Of a stretch of 64,000 nucleotides of DNA, positions 38,601 to 49,100 are shown piece by piece. Origin of the DNA: Verrucomicrobiia bacterium (GTDB lineage: Bacteria > Verrucomicrobiota > Verrucomicrobiia > Opitutales > Opitutaceae); NCBI GenBank assembly GCA_011525695.1, contig WYBX01000051.1, forward strand, positions 4,691-68,690, written 5' to 3'. The position numbers were made by a program, and so were the translations under genes. Below the pieces are notes generated by a model, which searched no databases, had not been told where the DNA came from, and saw only the letters and a list, made by a program, of their open reading frames with translations. Position 1 is the first letter of the stretch, and each line of letters begins with the position of its first letter.

Positions 38601-39004
38601 GAGCCGTCCCGATTGTGATCGGCCAGGCTCCCGCGCGGCGCGCGCATCTTGCCCGGCGCGAGTTCCCGGTGATAAAAGGCGCGTTTGTCCGCCACGCTCT
38701 GGAGGCCGACATCGTCCGGTATCCACAGCTTGTGTTCGCGGATGTCGAGGTCGCCGACCTTGCGCCGGGTCGTGGCCGTGACATAGACCCGCCCCTGCGG
38801 ATCGACCGTGCAGGCAACCGGATCGGGAACGTTCAGGGCTCCGGACCACTTGTGGAGGACGAGTTCATGCGTGGCCCGCGTCGGATTGCCCGCGGCGGGC
38901 AGGTCGCTTCGTTCAGCCTTCTGGGCCAAGCCGGCAGTCGAGGATACGAGGATCAATCCGGCGGCGAGCAGCAGCCACGGTGAACGCAGGTGGGGAAGAC
39001 GCAT
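35645..39004 (-). CDS. PVC-type heme-binding CxxCH protein (membrane-bound dehydrogenase-like propeller + HEAT repeats + cytochrome c)
   Basis: The signal peptide is MRLPHLRSPWLLLAAGLILVSS. A propeller region carries DTDGDGTADR and DTDDDGVAD motifs. A long HEAT-like middle region precedes a C-terminal CTACH heme site. Confidence 0.85.
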   Translation of the reverse strand: MRLPHLRSPWLLLAAGLILVSSTAGLAQKAERSDLPAAGNPTRATHELVLHKWSGALNVPDPVACTVDPQGRVYVTATTRRKVGDLDIREHKLWIPDDVGLQSVADKRAFYHRELAPGKMRAPRGSLADHNRDGSIDWKDLTATTERIYQLRDTDGDGTADRITVFAEGFNTEVTGIAAGVMYHDGWVYATIAPDLWRLKDTDDDGVADIREVVAHGFGIHIAYAGHDMHGLSVGPDGRIYWSIGDKGVNATSREGRNYAYPNEGCVMRVEPDGSNFEVYAHGLRNPQEPAWDNYGDLFCVDNDADQPGERERFVYIPEASDTGWRCNFQYMRTDSPWMREGLWKPPFPGQAAYFLPTPANYSDGPAGFKFDPGTALSEHQRGMFLLNEFPSGKMRAFRIERAGAGFKLVDPRVLNEGIMGIGMSWHPDGSLMMVDWIGGYPLDELGALWRVDTPATRLSPLRRETHRLIQAGFKDRPDRELVALLGHADQRVRQGAQLELVARDRADELMAVAADRAALELARIHALWGYGQLLRRSAAPASPATALLLDPDGEMRRQAARILGDAATTGARGKGKALIPLLSDPEPRVRAIAAIAIGKYREPAAIEPLCVLAAKDGSDPVIRQAVVAGLSGCATPAQIALKASDPSLALRLVAVVALRRLGSPEVAVFLRDRDELVVAEAARAIHDDLSIPATLPALAALLETTPHSEVIARRAINAGLRVGTPAAAAWLLAFALDDAAPRTMREVALETLRLWKHPPRLDLVDGRARSIQTAAIASVLLPQLDRLLALQDSALKTLAIEIMIAHQLKARPEQVAAIIADSSAPGELRAQALRLMADAQQEGPAFAQALDAALDPAAPAPLHRTGLALLQSADPERLVREAPVVLQTRTIPEQQHLIALLAQAARPAADAVLAGLGEALASDRLAPDLKLDVLEALRARRANQDLAAKLQAYENSSLAKAHDELIAGGDPARGHDIVASHLNANCTACHMVESSVGSAVGPNLSAIGSQREPAYLLESLLMPSKEIATGFGIVNVTLKDGTEVTGTLAGETAQAVTVRMFDGTRRTIPRAAVANQTPPVSIMPPMEAILEPRELRDVVAYLSSLQGSRGKRASKAAK

Positions 39005-39062
39005 GGGAAGCCGGGAAAGTTGATCCCGGCTTTCAGATTTGTCGCGGAAAAATATTGGGATT

Positions 39063-39188
39063 TTCCCGCCGGTTCTGATGCGTGGCGCCGATAAGGTGTC
39101 AACGGAGTGGGCCTTGGTCTGCCTGGCCTACAACCTGCGCCGATTGCACACCCTCCAATCGGTCGGAAAACTCGCGCCCATCGGGTAG
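39063..39188 (+). mobile_element. C-terminal remnant of a DDE transposase (IS5/IS1182-like)
   Basis: An unlisted short frame reads FPPVLMRGADKVSTEWALVCLAYNLRRLHTLQSVGKLAPIG-stop. The LRG..KV..EW.L.C.A.NL.RL pattern is typical of the extreme C-terminus of IS5/IS1182-type transposases. No upstream transposase body is present. Confidence 0.45.
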
Positions 39189-39351
39189 AAAATGCTGGGG
39201 GCGTCTCGCGGTGCACTCAAACCTCGTCCGAACCATCTTCCCAAAACCCGCGCGCACGCGCGGAAACCAGCAGCCCGTCAGCAAGGCCCGCCAAGTTGCC
39301 GGAAAAATGGCATGAATGCTTGCTGCGCTCGACTGCAAGTCCGACGGGCTG

Positions 39352-40446
39352 CTAGGTCGTGCTGCCGCTGACAAACTGCGGTGGCAGGACGTGCCGGACG
39401 GTTTCGCTGCTGGCGAGGGCATCGACCGCCAGCCGTCCGACCGCCCGGAAATCATAACGCAGGCAGCTGAGTCCGGACTTGGCGGCGAAATCCGTGCCCA
39501 TCACCGAAAGCAGGCCAAGCTGCTCCGGGCAACGGCAGGAAGCGGCGCGCACTGCCTCGAGCAGCAGCATCGCAATGTTGTCCTCGGGGCAAAGCAGCGC
39601 ATTGCGCCGCGGCGAACGCCGCAGCCGCTCAATCAGTGCGGCCCGTTCGCGTGGCGTGCCCGCCTTGCAGGAGGACAGCCGGCTGGTACAGCCGAGTTCC
39701 CCGGCGGCGCGGCCCAGGGCGGTGCTGAATTCGATCACGGCCGGATCATCCGCAAAAGGCTCGACCAGGACGATGTGCTCGAATCCGCGGCCCAGCAGAT
39801 GGGCGAGCGCCTTCAGTGCGCCGGCCAGGAAGTCGACCGCCACATTGCTGATCCCTTCGATGGCGCAGGAGCGGAACAGGACGACAGCCGGCTGCAACTG
39901 CGTCCGATGGGCCTGGATCGCCTCGTCGTTCCAAACATGGTCGAGGACAAATCCCCCGGCGGCCTCACCATGCCGGGAGAGAAACTCGGTCAGGATGGCC
40001 CGCTGCTGGAGGGTGGACGCGAACACGGGCGGTTCATGGGGATCAGGATGGTTGACGAGCCGCTCGTCGTGCCAGAGCAGCATGGTCCGCTGGCGGATGC
40101 CGGTACCGGCGCTGATCCCCTCGAGCAGTTCCCGATAGAGCTCACTGGCCAGTTCGAGCCGCCGAATCAGGCAGGCGACAGGCTTGGGCCGATCCAGCAG
40201 CGCGCGGGCGCCGGGAGCGTAGTAGCGGCCATTGGTTGGATGCTGCCAGATTTCTCCGGCGGCCGCCATCGAGCGCAGGATCCTGAAAACGGTGGTGTTC
40301 GCCGTGCCGAAGCGATTCCCGAGTTCGCGCGTGGTCGGCAGCGGCTGGTCGATCGGCGCCTCCCGGACGAGCCGGCGGAGCCGCTCCGCGAGCACCCCCT
40401 CCCGTCCATTGGCGGTGGCGGGGCGGGAGCTGGGAGTTCGGGCCAT
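39352..40446 (-). CDS. GntR-HTH / LacI-type sugar-binding-domain transcriptional regulator
   Basis: The GntR-type winged HTH reads LPTTRELGNRFGTANTTVFRILRSMAAAGEIW and is followed by a periplasmic-binding-protein-like domain. The ATG at 40446 (MARTPSS) is preferred over the 40605 ORF start. Confidence 0.8.
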   Translation of the reverse strand: MARTPSSRPATANGREGVLAERLRRLVREAPIDQPLPTTRELGNRFGTANTTVFRILRSMAAAGEIWQHPTNGRYYAPGARALLDRPKPVACLIRRLELASELYRELLEGISAGTGIRQRTMLLWHDERLVNHPDPHEPPVFASTLQQRAILTEFLSRHGEAAGGFVLDHVWNDEAIQAHRTQLQPAVVLFRSCAIEGISNVAVDFLAGALKALAHLLGRGFEHIVLVEPFADDPAVIEFSTALGRAAGELGCTSRLSSCKAGTPRERAALIERLRRSPRRNALLCPEDNIAMLLLEAVRAASCRCPEQLGLLSVMGTDFAAKSGLSCLRYDFRAVGRLAVDALASSETVRHVLPPQFVSGSTT

Positions 40447-40493
40447 GACAACCAACAAACGCAGCCGCATCGCAACGCAAGCGTCTTCCATGC

Positions 40494-40514
40494 GCAACAA
40501 AGTAATTATGTTGC
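40494..40514. promoter_or_regulatory. Candidate operator (inverted repeat) in the divergent GntR/ROK intergenic region
   Basis: GCAACA-aagtaatta-TGTTGC has 6-bp arms around an AT-rich 9-nt spacer. It is the most AT-rich spot of the 161-bp divergent region. Confidence 0.3.
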
Positions 40515-40607
40515 AGCAAGCGGATCGTCCGTTGTCCGCTTGTCCGAAGTCCTTTCCCTGGCCGGCAGCGATGGCCGGAGCAACCTGCGCCGTACCCGCC
40601 ACCAATC

Positions 40608-42020
40608 ATGAATTCGATCACGCCCTCGTTTCGCCCGGAACTGGATCCGGAATTCCTCCCGGCCGCATTGTGGAACCACGCCTATCGGGCCATGGTTGCC
40701 GCCGACCGGACCGCGCGGCCGTTGACCCTGGCGCTGGTCCGCGCGGATGGCACGGCGAGTCTGCGCACGGAGCGCGTGCTCGGTCGCGATCATCCGGCGG
40801 CGGCGCTGACGCTGACCTTCGTGGAACGGCTCCTGAAATTCCTGTTGTGGCAGAGGGGCGGGAGCCAGGTGCTCGTGGCGGGCGCCGATGAGATCGCGGC
40901 GGAGCTGGCGCGATCCTATGCGCCGGACGGGGCACGCGCCTTCGATTACAAGTTCATGGGAGCGACCATCGATCGCCGGCCGTTCAGGGTGCAGGCAGTT
41001 CCCGAATCCGCATTGCCGCCGGAGCATGTTCCGGCCCAGGCCATCGGCCGGCATCTCGAGGGCTGCCGGATCGGCTTCGATTTGGGCGGCAGCGACCGCA
41101 AGGCGGCTGCCGTCATCGATGGCAAGGTCGTCTACTCGGAGGAGATTCGCTGGGATCCCTATTTCCAGGCGGATCCGCAGTATCATATCGCAGGGGTCGA
41201 CGATTCCCTGCGCCGCGCCGCCGCGCATCTCCCGCGGGTCGATGCCATCGGTGGCAGCTCGGCCGGCGTTTACGTGAACAACGAGGTGCGCGTCGCGTCG
41301 CTATTCCGTGGCGTCCCGCCGGAGCTCTTCGAGCGTCACATCCGCCGGATGTTCTTCACGCTGCAGGAACGCTGGGGTGGGGTTCCCTTCGAGGTGGCGA
41401 ACGACGGCGAGGTGACCGCGCTGGCCGGATCGATGGCATTCGACACGACTGGAGTGCTTGGCGTCGCGATGGGCACGAGCCAGGCGGCGGGCTATGTCCG
41501 GCCCACCGGCGATCTCACGCCCTGGCTGAACGAGCTCGCGTTCGCCCCGATCGATTACCGACCGGAGGCACCGCGCGACGAATGGTCCGGCGATCTCGGC
41601 TGTGGCGCCCAGTATTTTTCACAGCAAGGGGTCGCCCGGCTGGCGGTGCCGGCAGGGTTTGATTTTGCGCGCGAGGTCCCACTGGCCGATCGGCTGGTCG
41701 AGGTGCAGCGGGCAATGGCCGCGGGCGACCCACGCGCCCGCCGCATCTATGAGGCAATCGGGATTTCGCTGGGATACGGGGTGGCGCATTACGCGGACTT
41801 TTATGATCTTTCCCTCGTGCTCGTCCTGGGCCGGGTCACGTCGGGGCCCGGGGGAGAGGTGATCCTCGCGCGTGCGGCGGAGGTGCTGCGGGGTGAGTTT
41901 CCGGTGCTGGCCGAAAGAATCCGCCTGGAAATGCCGGACGAGCACACCAAGCGGCATGGCCAGGCGGTGGCGGCCGCGAGCCTGCCGGCACTGGCGAGGA
42001 AGACTCCTCCCCAGCCGTAA
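40608..42020 (+). CDS. ROK-family / ASKHA-fold sugar-kinase-like protein with N-terminal extension
   Basis: The phosphate-1 motif is IGFDLGGSDRKAAAV, on an actin-like ATPase core. I did not see the classical ROK zinc motif. The first ~150 aa are an unassigned extension. Confidence 0.65.
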   Translation: MNSITPSFRPELDPEFLPAALWNHAYRAMVAADRTARPLTLALVRADGTASLRTERVLGRDHPAAALTLTFVERLLKFLLWQRGGSQVLVAGADEIAAELARSYAPDGARAFDYKFMGATIDRRPFRVQAVPESALPPEHVPAQAIGRHLEGCRIGFDLGGSDRKAAAVIDGKVVYSEEIRWDPYFQADPQYHIAGVDDSLRRAAAHLPRVDAIGGSSAGVYVNNEVRVASLFRGVPPELFERHIRRMFFTLQERWGGVPFEVANDGEVTALAGSMAFDTTGVLGVAMGTSQAAGYVRPTGDLTPWLNELAFAPIDYRPEAPRDEWSGDLGCGAQYFSQQGVARLAVPAGFDFAREVPLADRLVEVQRAMAAGDPRARRIYEAIGISLGYGVAHYADFYDLSLVLVLGRVTSGPGGEVILARAAEVLRGEFPVLAERIRLEMPDEHTKRHGQAVAAASLPALARKTPPQP

Positions 42021-42319
42021 GGATCGCCAATTGGGCACGGGATGATTGGCCGGCGTTGCTGGCGGCGAGCAACAGCGGGGCGCTGCCCTGCTTGCCCGGG
42101 GGCCGCCGCCATCCTGCCCGCAGACGGGCCCGGGCGGGCTCCGTCAAAGCTCGTCCAGATCAAAATGGCGCAGGGCGGGCGTTTTCATTGCCGGCACGAG
42201 GGGAGTCAATCCGCACGTGCAAATCCAGCTTGCCTGCGTCGCCGGGGATTGTCCGCATACCTGCGCCGAATGCCTCCGGGAGCGAACCCCTTCCCGGCCC
42301 ACCCACCCACTGGATCCCC

Positions 42320-45300
42320 GTGCGTCGACTCGTTGCCCCCATTCTGACGGCCATTGCCCTGCCCGTCTCCGCGGTTGCCGCGGATCTGCGGCCGGTGTCC
42401 TTCAATCGTGACATCCGGCCGATCATGGCGGACACGTGCTTTCTCTGCCATGGCCCGGACGCCAGTTCCCGCGAGGCGGGCATGCGGCTCGATCTCCGGG
42501 AGGAGGCCCTGAAACCGACGCGCAACGATGTCATCCCGATCGTTCCCGGCCGGCCGGAGGAAAGTGAAATCATCTTCCGGATCACTGATGATCTGGAACC
42601 GATGCCACCGGAGGAAGCGCACAAGCGGCTAACGTCGGAGCAAAAGGAACTGATTCGCCGTTGGGTGGCGGAGGGTGCCGTTTACGAGGTGCACTGGGCC
42701 TACGCGCCGCTGGTGCGTCCGCCGCTCCCGGATTCGGGGGTGGGCGGGAGCAGCCACCCGATCGACGCGTTCGTTCGCGCCCGACTCGCGGCGGAAGAGA
42801 TCGAACCGTCGCCCGAGGCGGACAAGTCGCGGCTGCTCCGCCGGCTTTCGCTCGATTTGACGGGGTTGCCGCCCACTCCCGCCGAACTCGGGGCCTTCCT
42901 CGCCGACCCGGATCCCGGGGCGTACGAGCGTCAGGTGGAGCGGTTGCTGGCGTCGCCCCACCATGGCGAGCGGATGGCGGTCTGGTGGCTCGATATCGCC
43001 CGATTCGCCGACACGGTCGGTTTTCACGGCGACCAGAACCAGCGGATCTTCCCCTATCGCGATTACGTCATCAACGCGTTCAATGCGAACAAGCCGTTCG
43101 ATCAGTTCACAATCGAGCAACTGGCCGGTGATCTCCTGCCGGGAGCCACCGAGGAGCACCGGATCGCCACCGGCTACAACCGGCTCAACATGATGACGCG
43201 GGAGGGCGGCGCGCAGCCGGCGGAATACATCGCGAAGTACGGGGCCGAGCGGGTGCGCTCCGTCTCCGCCGCCTGGCTGGGCAGCACGTTTGGCTGCGCC
43301 GAATGCCACGATCACAAATTCGATCCGATCAAGGCCAGCGACTTTTATGAACTGCAGGCGTTCTTCGCCGATTTGAAGCAGTGGGGCGTGTACAGTGATT
43401 ACGACTACACCCCCAACCCCGATCTCGCCGGATTCAACAACGATTACCCGTTTCCCCCCGAGATTGAGGTGCGCAGCCCCTATCTGGCGGCCCGCCAGCG
43501 GCAGCTGGAGGCGGAACTCGCCGACCACCGTGCTGCCAGCCGCGCGCGCCGGGAAAACGTCGAGGTCGCGCTGGCCTTCGAAGCCTGGATCGATCAGGCG
43601 CGCGCCTTCCTCGCCCGGGAGCCGTCCGGCTGGTCGCAGCCCGGCCTGGTCGCGGTGCTGCAGAAGAAGGCTGTCCCGGACGGTGAGCCGGTTCCCTCCG
43701 CCCCGGACGGAATTGTCTGCCTGTCCCAGGAGCTGCGGAGCGGCGAGTCGCTCCGCCTGACCCTGTCGGCGTCGCGCGATCCGATTGCTGCCGTGCGGAT
43801 CGATTTCACCGAGGCTCCCCGCGCTGATCCCGATGGCCGGAAAGACAACTCGCGCAATCGGGTCACGCTCGCCGCCGTCGTGCGCTCCGCCGGCGGGACG
43901 GAGCGCAAGGTCGGCTTCGTCTTTGCGGATGCCGCGGCCAAGGATCCCCACTTCCTCGGCGGCGCGGAGGCGATCGGGATTGTGCGGGGCTGGAGGATAC
44001 CACGCGGCGCGGCGGACGCCGTCCGGTCGGGCATCTGGCTGCCGGCGCAGCCGCTCCGGCTCGCGGAGGGCGAGGTGCTCGAGCTCAAGCTGAGCGGCGA
44101 GGCGGTGCCGCCGTTTCGCGTGTTCACTTCACCCTTCGGATCGGCCGATGCGCTCAGCTCGGCTTCCGCGGCCGTCCGGGAGGCGATCATGATTCCGCGG
44201 GAGCGGCGGCTGGAATCGCAGGACGAACTGCTTGCCGACGCCTGGCTCCTGAGCACGGCGTGGGATCCGGCGGCCTTCGACCGGCACCATGACTTGGCGG
44301 AGAAGATCCGGGAAACCCGGGACGGTCGCGCCTGGACCATGGTTTCGCAGGCCGCGGAGCCGCGGCCGGTCCGGGTGCTGGCCCGCGGCGACTGGCAGGA
44401 TGAGTCGGGCCCGCTGGTGCTGCCGGCCACGCCGAGTTTCCTGCCCGGCCGGCGCGAAAGCACCGCGGAAAAGCGGCTCACCCGGCTGGACTTCGCCCGC
44501 TGGCTCGTCTCCGCGGAGAATCCAATCACTGCGCGCACGGTGGTGAACCGGCTCTGGGCGATGTTCTTCGGCACCGGGCTCAGCGCCACCCTCGACGATC
44601 TCGGAGCCCAGGGCGAAGTCCCGTCGCACCCGGAATTGCTCGAGTGGCTGGCCTGCGAATTCCGGGAGCAGAGCTGGGATCTCCGGCACATGGTCCGGCT
44701 GCTGGTGACCAGTGCCACCTACCGGCAGGGCAGCAACCTGCGTCCGGAACTGCTCGAGCGCGACCCGGGAAACCGGTTGCTGGCGGCGCAGAACCCCCGC
44801 CGGCTCGAGGCGGAATTTGTCCGGGACAACGCCCTCGCGATCGCCGGCAACCTCAACCTCCGGGCCCTCGGCGGCCCCAGCGTGAAGCCGTATCAGCCCG
44901 CCGGCTACTATGCCGCGCTCCAGTTCCCCGATCGCACGTACGTGGCCAGCGACGACGACGAGCAGTGGCGCCGCGGGGTGTACATGCACTGGCAGCGGAC
45001 ATTCCTGCACCCGATGCTGGCGAACTTCGATGCTCCGGCACGGGACGAATGCGCGGCGCAACGCGTCCCGAGCAACACGCCGCAGCAGGCACTCACGCTG
45101 CTCAACGACCCGACCTTCCTCGAGGCGGCACGGCTTTTCGCCGCGCGGCTGCAGCGCGAGGCCGACGGCGACGAGGGCCGGATCCGCCGTGCATTTCTCA
45201 TCGCATTGAGCCGCGATCCGCGACCTGCCGAGCAGGCCTCCCTGCTCGGCTTCTTGCGCGAAGTCCGCCGGCACTATGGCGCCAATGTGGCCGAGGCCGG

Positions 45301-45418
45301 GCAGTTGCTCGGCATCGGCATCGCCCCCCGGCCAGGGGGAGATCCGGTCGAACTCGCCGCCTGGACCAGCCTGGCGCGGGTGCTCCTCAATTCCCACGAG
45401 GTCATCACCCGGTATTGA
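42320..45418 (+). CDS. PSCyt1 / DUF1549 / DUF1553 (PSD1) protein
   Basis: The planctomycete cytochrome c motif FNRDIRPIMADTCFLCHGPD is present, with a later CAECHDHKFDP, and the DUF1549/DUF1553 architecture. The likely start is the GTG at 42320, giving signal VRRLVAPILTAIALPVSAVAA. The track ORF begins at 42056. Confidence 0.85.
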   Translation: MRRLVAPILTAIALPVSAVAADLRPVSFNRDIRPIMADTCFLCHGPDASSREAGMRLDLREEALKPTRNDVIPIVPGRPEESEIIFRITDDLEPMPPEEAHKRLTSEQKELIRRWVAEGAVYEVHWAYAPLVRPPLPDSGVGGSSHPIDAFVRARLAAEEIEPSPEADKSRLLRRLSLDLTGLPPTPAELGAFLADPDPGAYERQVERLLASPHHGERMAVWWLDIARFADTVGFHGDQNQRIFPYRDYVINAFNANKPFDQFTIEQLAGDLLPGATEEHRIATGYNRLNMMTREGGAQPAEYIAKYGAERVRSVSAAWLGSTFGCAECHDHKFDPIKASDFYELQAFFADLKQWGVYSDYDYTPNPDLAGFNNDYPFPPEIEVRSPYLAARQRQLEAELADHRAASRARRENVEVALAFEAWIDQARAFLAREPSGWSQPGLVAVLQKKAVPDGEPVPSAPDGIVCLSQELRSGESLRLTLSASRDPIAAVRIDFTEAPRADPDGRKDNSRNRVTLAAVVRSAGGTERKVGFVFADAAAKDPHFLGGAEAIGIVRGWRIPRGAADAVRSGIWLPAQPLRLAEGEVLELKLSGEAVPPFRVFTSPFGSADALSSASAAVREAIMIPRERRLESQDELLADAWLLSTAWDPAAFDRHHDLAEKIRETRDGRAWTMVSQAAEPRPVRVLARGDWQDESGPLVLPATPSFLPGRRESTAEKRLTRLDFARWLVSAENPITARTVVNRLWAMFFGTGLSATLDDLGAQGEVPSHPELLEWLACEFREQSWDLRHMVRLLVTSATYRQGSNLRPELLERDPGNRLLAAQNPRRLEAEFVRDNALAIAGNLNLRALGGPSVKPYQPAGYYAALQFPDRTYVASDDDEQWRRGVYMHWQRTFLHPMLANFDAPARDECAAQRVPSNTPQQALTLLNDPTFLEAARLFAARLQREADGDEGRIRRAFLIALSRDPRPAEQASLLGFLREVRRHYGANVAEAGQLLGIGIAPRPGGDPVELAAWTSLARVLLNSHEVITRY

Positions 45419-45466
45419 TGGCTGCCCCCCACTCCACGTTCCCGAGAACGCAGACCTGCTTCCGCC

Positions 45467-46915
<1,449 letters not shown>

Positions 46916-47045
46916 CCGAACGGCAACCGCGGCCGGCTCCGGAACGTGCATCCATTCCGTTCGCGGACGACGCGGCGGTCGTCCCTCCATGAAGGTCAAC
47001 GGCAGTTGAGAGTTGGATTCATGGCGGGCCGGGCGCCGCGCCGGC

Positions 47046-48521
47046 CTACACCTTGTTCGGGGCCGGAACCTCGAACCCGGGGCTGTGCGGATCCTGCAGC
47101 AACGCGTTCGCCTCGTTCCGGTATTCGCCGGTGTGCCGCTCGGTCTTCGGATCGAACGTGAGCCAGGGACCCACGATGTACTCCGCGCCATCCTCCGGCA
47201 CGCCGACGCCGTCCCGCATGATCGCATGCAGTTTCATGAAGTGCTCGTGCGCCTCGGCATTGTCGCCAAATCGGCCGGCCTTGGAGTTGAAGGGCACCTT
47301 CTTTCCCAACCGGTAGGAATTGTTCATGAGATGGCCGAGCACGCTGCTGTTATGGGCGTCGAGCGCGTTGCCATTTGCCATCTCCGGCTTGCCGGCCCGG
47401 CAGGCGGCGATGAAGGCGCCCCAGTTGCCGCCGGGTGTCACCTTGCCGGGTGGGACGTCCACCTTCTCACCCGTGCTGCTGCCGCGGGGATAATACACGT
47501 TCCGCACGATCTTCCCGCCATCCTCGAAGTAATACTCGTTCTCCACCTGTCGCAGGTAACCCTCGTAATTCACGTTGCGCACGTTGAAGAACGCGTACTG
47601 CCCGTTGGGATACTCACCGATTCCGAACATCGTATTCGGAGTCTCGCCCTGGTCGTCCCATTTGAAGCGGCCGCCCAGCGCCATCACGCGGACCGGGTGG
47701 GTGAGCCGCGGCTCGAGCGCCCAGCGCGCGACGTCGAGTTCGTGGGTGCCTTGGTTGTTCATGTCGCCATTACCTGTCGCCCAGAACCAGTGCCAGTTGT
47801 AATGCACGAGGTTCGCGTGGTAGTCCCGGATCTGCGCCGGACCGCGCCAGAGGTTCCAGTCGAGGTGGGCGGGCGGCGCGGACACGGGCTTGAAGCCGAT
47901 GCTCTCGCGCGGCTTGCAGCAGTAGCCGTAGGCAATCTTCAGCTTGCCCCACTTGCCCGCCTGGATCGCCTCGTGCAGCCCGGCGACCTTTTCGCTGCTG
48001 CGCTGCTGGGTGCCATGCTGGATCACCACGCCGTATTTTTTCTGCGCCGCGACCACGGATCGGCCCTCGGCCACGTCATGGCTCATCGGCTTCTCGACAT
48101 AGACGTGCTTGCCGGCCTGGGCGGCGCGGATGGTCATGAGCGAGTGCCAGTGGTTGGGCGTGGCGATCGAGATCGCATCGAGCGTCGGATCCTCGAGGGC
48201 ACGGCGATAGTCGGCAACCCCCTTGCAGTTGGATTTTCCCGCCAGCGTTTCCTGCAGGCTCTTCAGCGCGCCATCGAGCACCTGCTGGTCCGGGTCGATC
48301 AGGTAGGCGATCTCTACGCCGGGCTGCTCCAGCCAGTTGGCAATGTGGGCCTTCCCGCGGCCACGCAGGCCCGCGACCGCAATTCGCAACCGGTTGTTGG
48401 CGCCCAGGACCTGGGCGGAGGAACGGGTCCCGCTGACGAGGGCGAGGGAGCCTGCGGCGAGGGCGGATTGCTTGAGGAATGTGCGGCGTGACAGGGAGTT
48501 CATGAGAGGATTCCTTTGCAT
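47046..48521 (-). CDS. TAT-exported Gfo/Idh/MocA-family oxidoreductase
   Basis: The signal MQRNPLMNSLSRRTFLKQSALAAGSLALV, the motif RIAVAGLRGRGKAH and EKPM are present. The ATG at 48521 (or 48503) is preferred over the 48908 ORF start. Confidence 0.85.
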   Translation of the reverse strand: MQRNPLMNSLSRRTFLKQSALAAGSLALVSGTRSSAQVLGANNRLRIAVAGLRGRGKAHIANWLEQPGVEIAYLIDPDQQVLDGALKSLQETLAGKSNCKGVADYRRALEDPTLDAISIATPNHWHSLMTIRAAQAGKHVYVEKPMSHDVAEGRSVVAAQKKYGVVIQHGTQQRSSEKVAGLHEAIQAGKWGKLKIAYGYCCKPRESIGFKPVSAPPAHLDWNLWRGPAQIRDYHANLVHYNWHWFWATGNGDMNNQGTHELDVARWALEPRLTHPVRVMALGGRFKWDDQGETPNTMFGIGEYPNGQYAFFNVRNVNYEGYLRQVENEYYFEDGGKIVRNVYYPRGSSTGEKVDVPPGKVTPGGNWGAFIAACRAGKPEMANGNALDAHNSSVLGHLMNNSYRLGKKVPFNSKAGRFGDNAEAHEHFMKLHAIMRDGVGVPEDGAEYIVGPWLTFDPKTERHTGEYRNEANALLQDPHSPGFEVPAPNKV

Positions 48522-48628
48522 ACGGCTGCCGGTTTCAGGCAACCTGCTGCGAGGCAACCCGAGCCGCCGCCGCAAGGCAAGTGTGATGCCAGTCGCAAAT
48601 TGCCCGGCCCGGCGGCGGGGTGATTCCA

Positions 48629-48672
48629 GGGCTGCAGCTGGAAAGTCACCGGGCTGCATCTGGAAAGTCACC
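48629..48672. repeat. Tandem duplication of 22 bp (2 units, 1 mismatch)
   Basis: The two units are GGGCTGCAGCTGGAAAGTCACC and GGGCTGCATCTGGAAAGTCACC. They lie 108-151 bp upstream of the Gfo/Idh/MocA start at 48521. Confidence 0.85.
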
Positions 48673-49030
48673 AGGGTGCCGTTCAACTCCGCGCACCACG
48701 ACTGCCATCTGCGCCGCCATTTGGCGCTGTGAAGGACATCGTCAGCCTCGCTGTCCTGCGGCGGTACGCGCGTGAAGGGCTCGTTCACGCGCCGTTGCTC
48801 CCCGCCGCTCCCACCGCGGAGATCCTCGATGTCCGGCCGGCACCGCGGGTGCAGCTGCAGCCGTTGCCGGGTTTCGGCGCACTCAACCTTCCGTTGGCGC
48901 AGCCGCACCGGTTTGGGCGGACGCGTCCGCTTGGCGGCAACCGCGTGCGCGCGGGGCCACGCGGCTTACATTGGCGTTCGGATTCTTGCCCGGAATGGAT
49001 TCCAGGCCATTGGCAATGCACGAGGTTTTA

Positions 49031-49067
49031 GCCAGTTCAGTGTTACGATCGTAACAGCGATCTGGCT
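49031..49067 (+). promoter_or_regulatory. 37-bp repeat, copy 1 (16-bp perfect palindrome core); candidate operator of the PaaX-like gene
   Basis: The sequence is GCCAGTTCAG-TGTTACGATCGTAACA-GCGATCTGGCT. The core (49041-49056) ends 44 nt upstream of the ATG at 49101. Confidence 0.8.
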
Positions 49068-49100
49068 CGCCCTGCCCCTACCAGCTGTCAGACTCGAGAC

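Noticed and set aside
42056-42319. An N-terminal 88-aa extension of the PSD1 ORF. The similar extension of the Gfo/Idh/MocA ORF up to 48908 was rejected on the same grounds.
   Set aside because: There is no signal peptide at those starts. Internal starts (GTG at 42320; ATG at 48521) place canonical Sec/TAT signals at the N-terminus.
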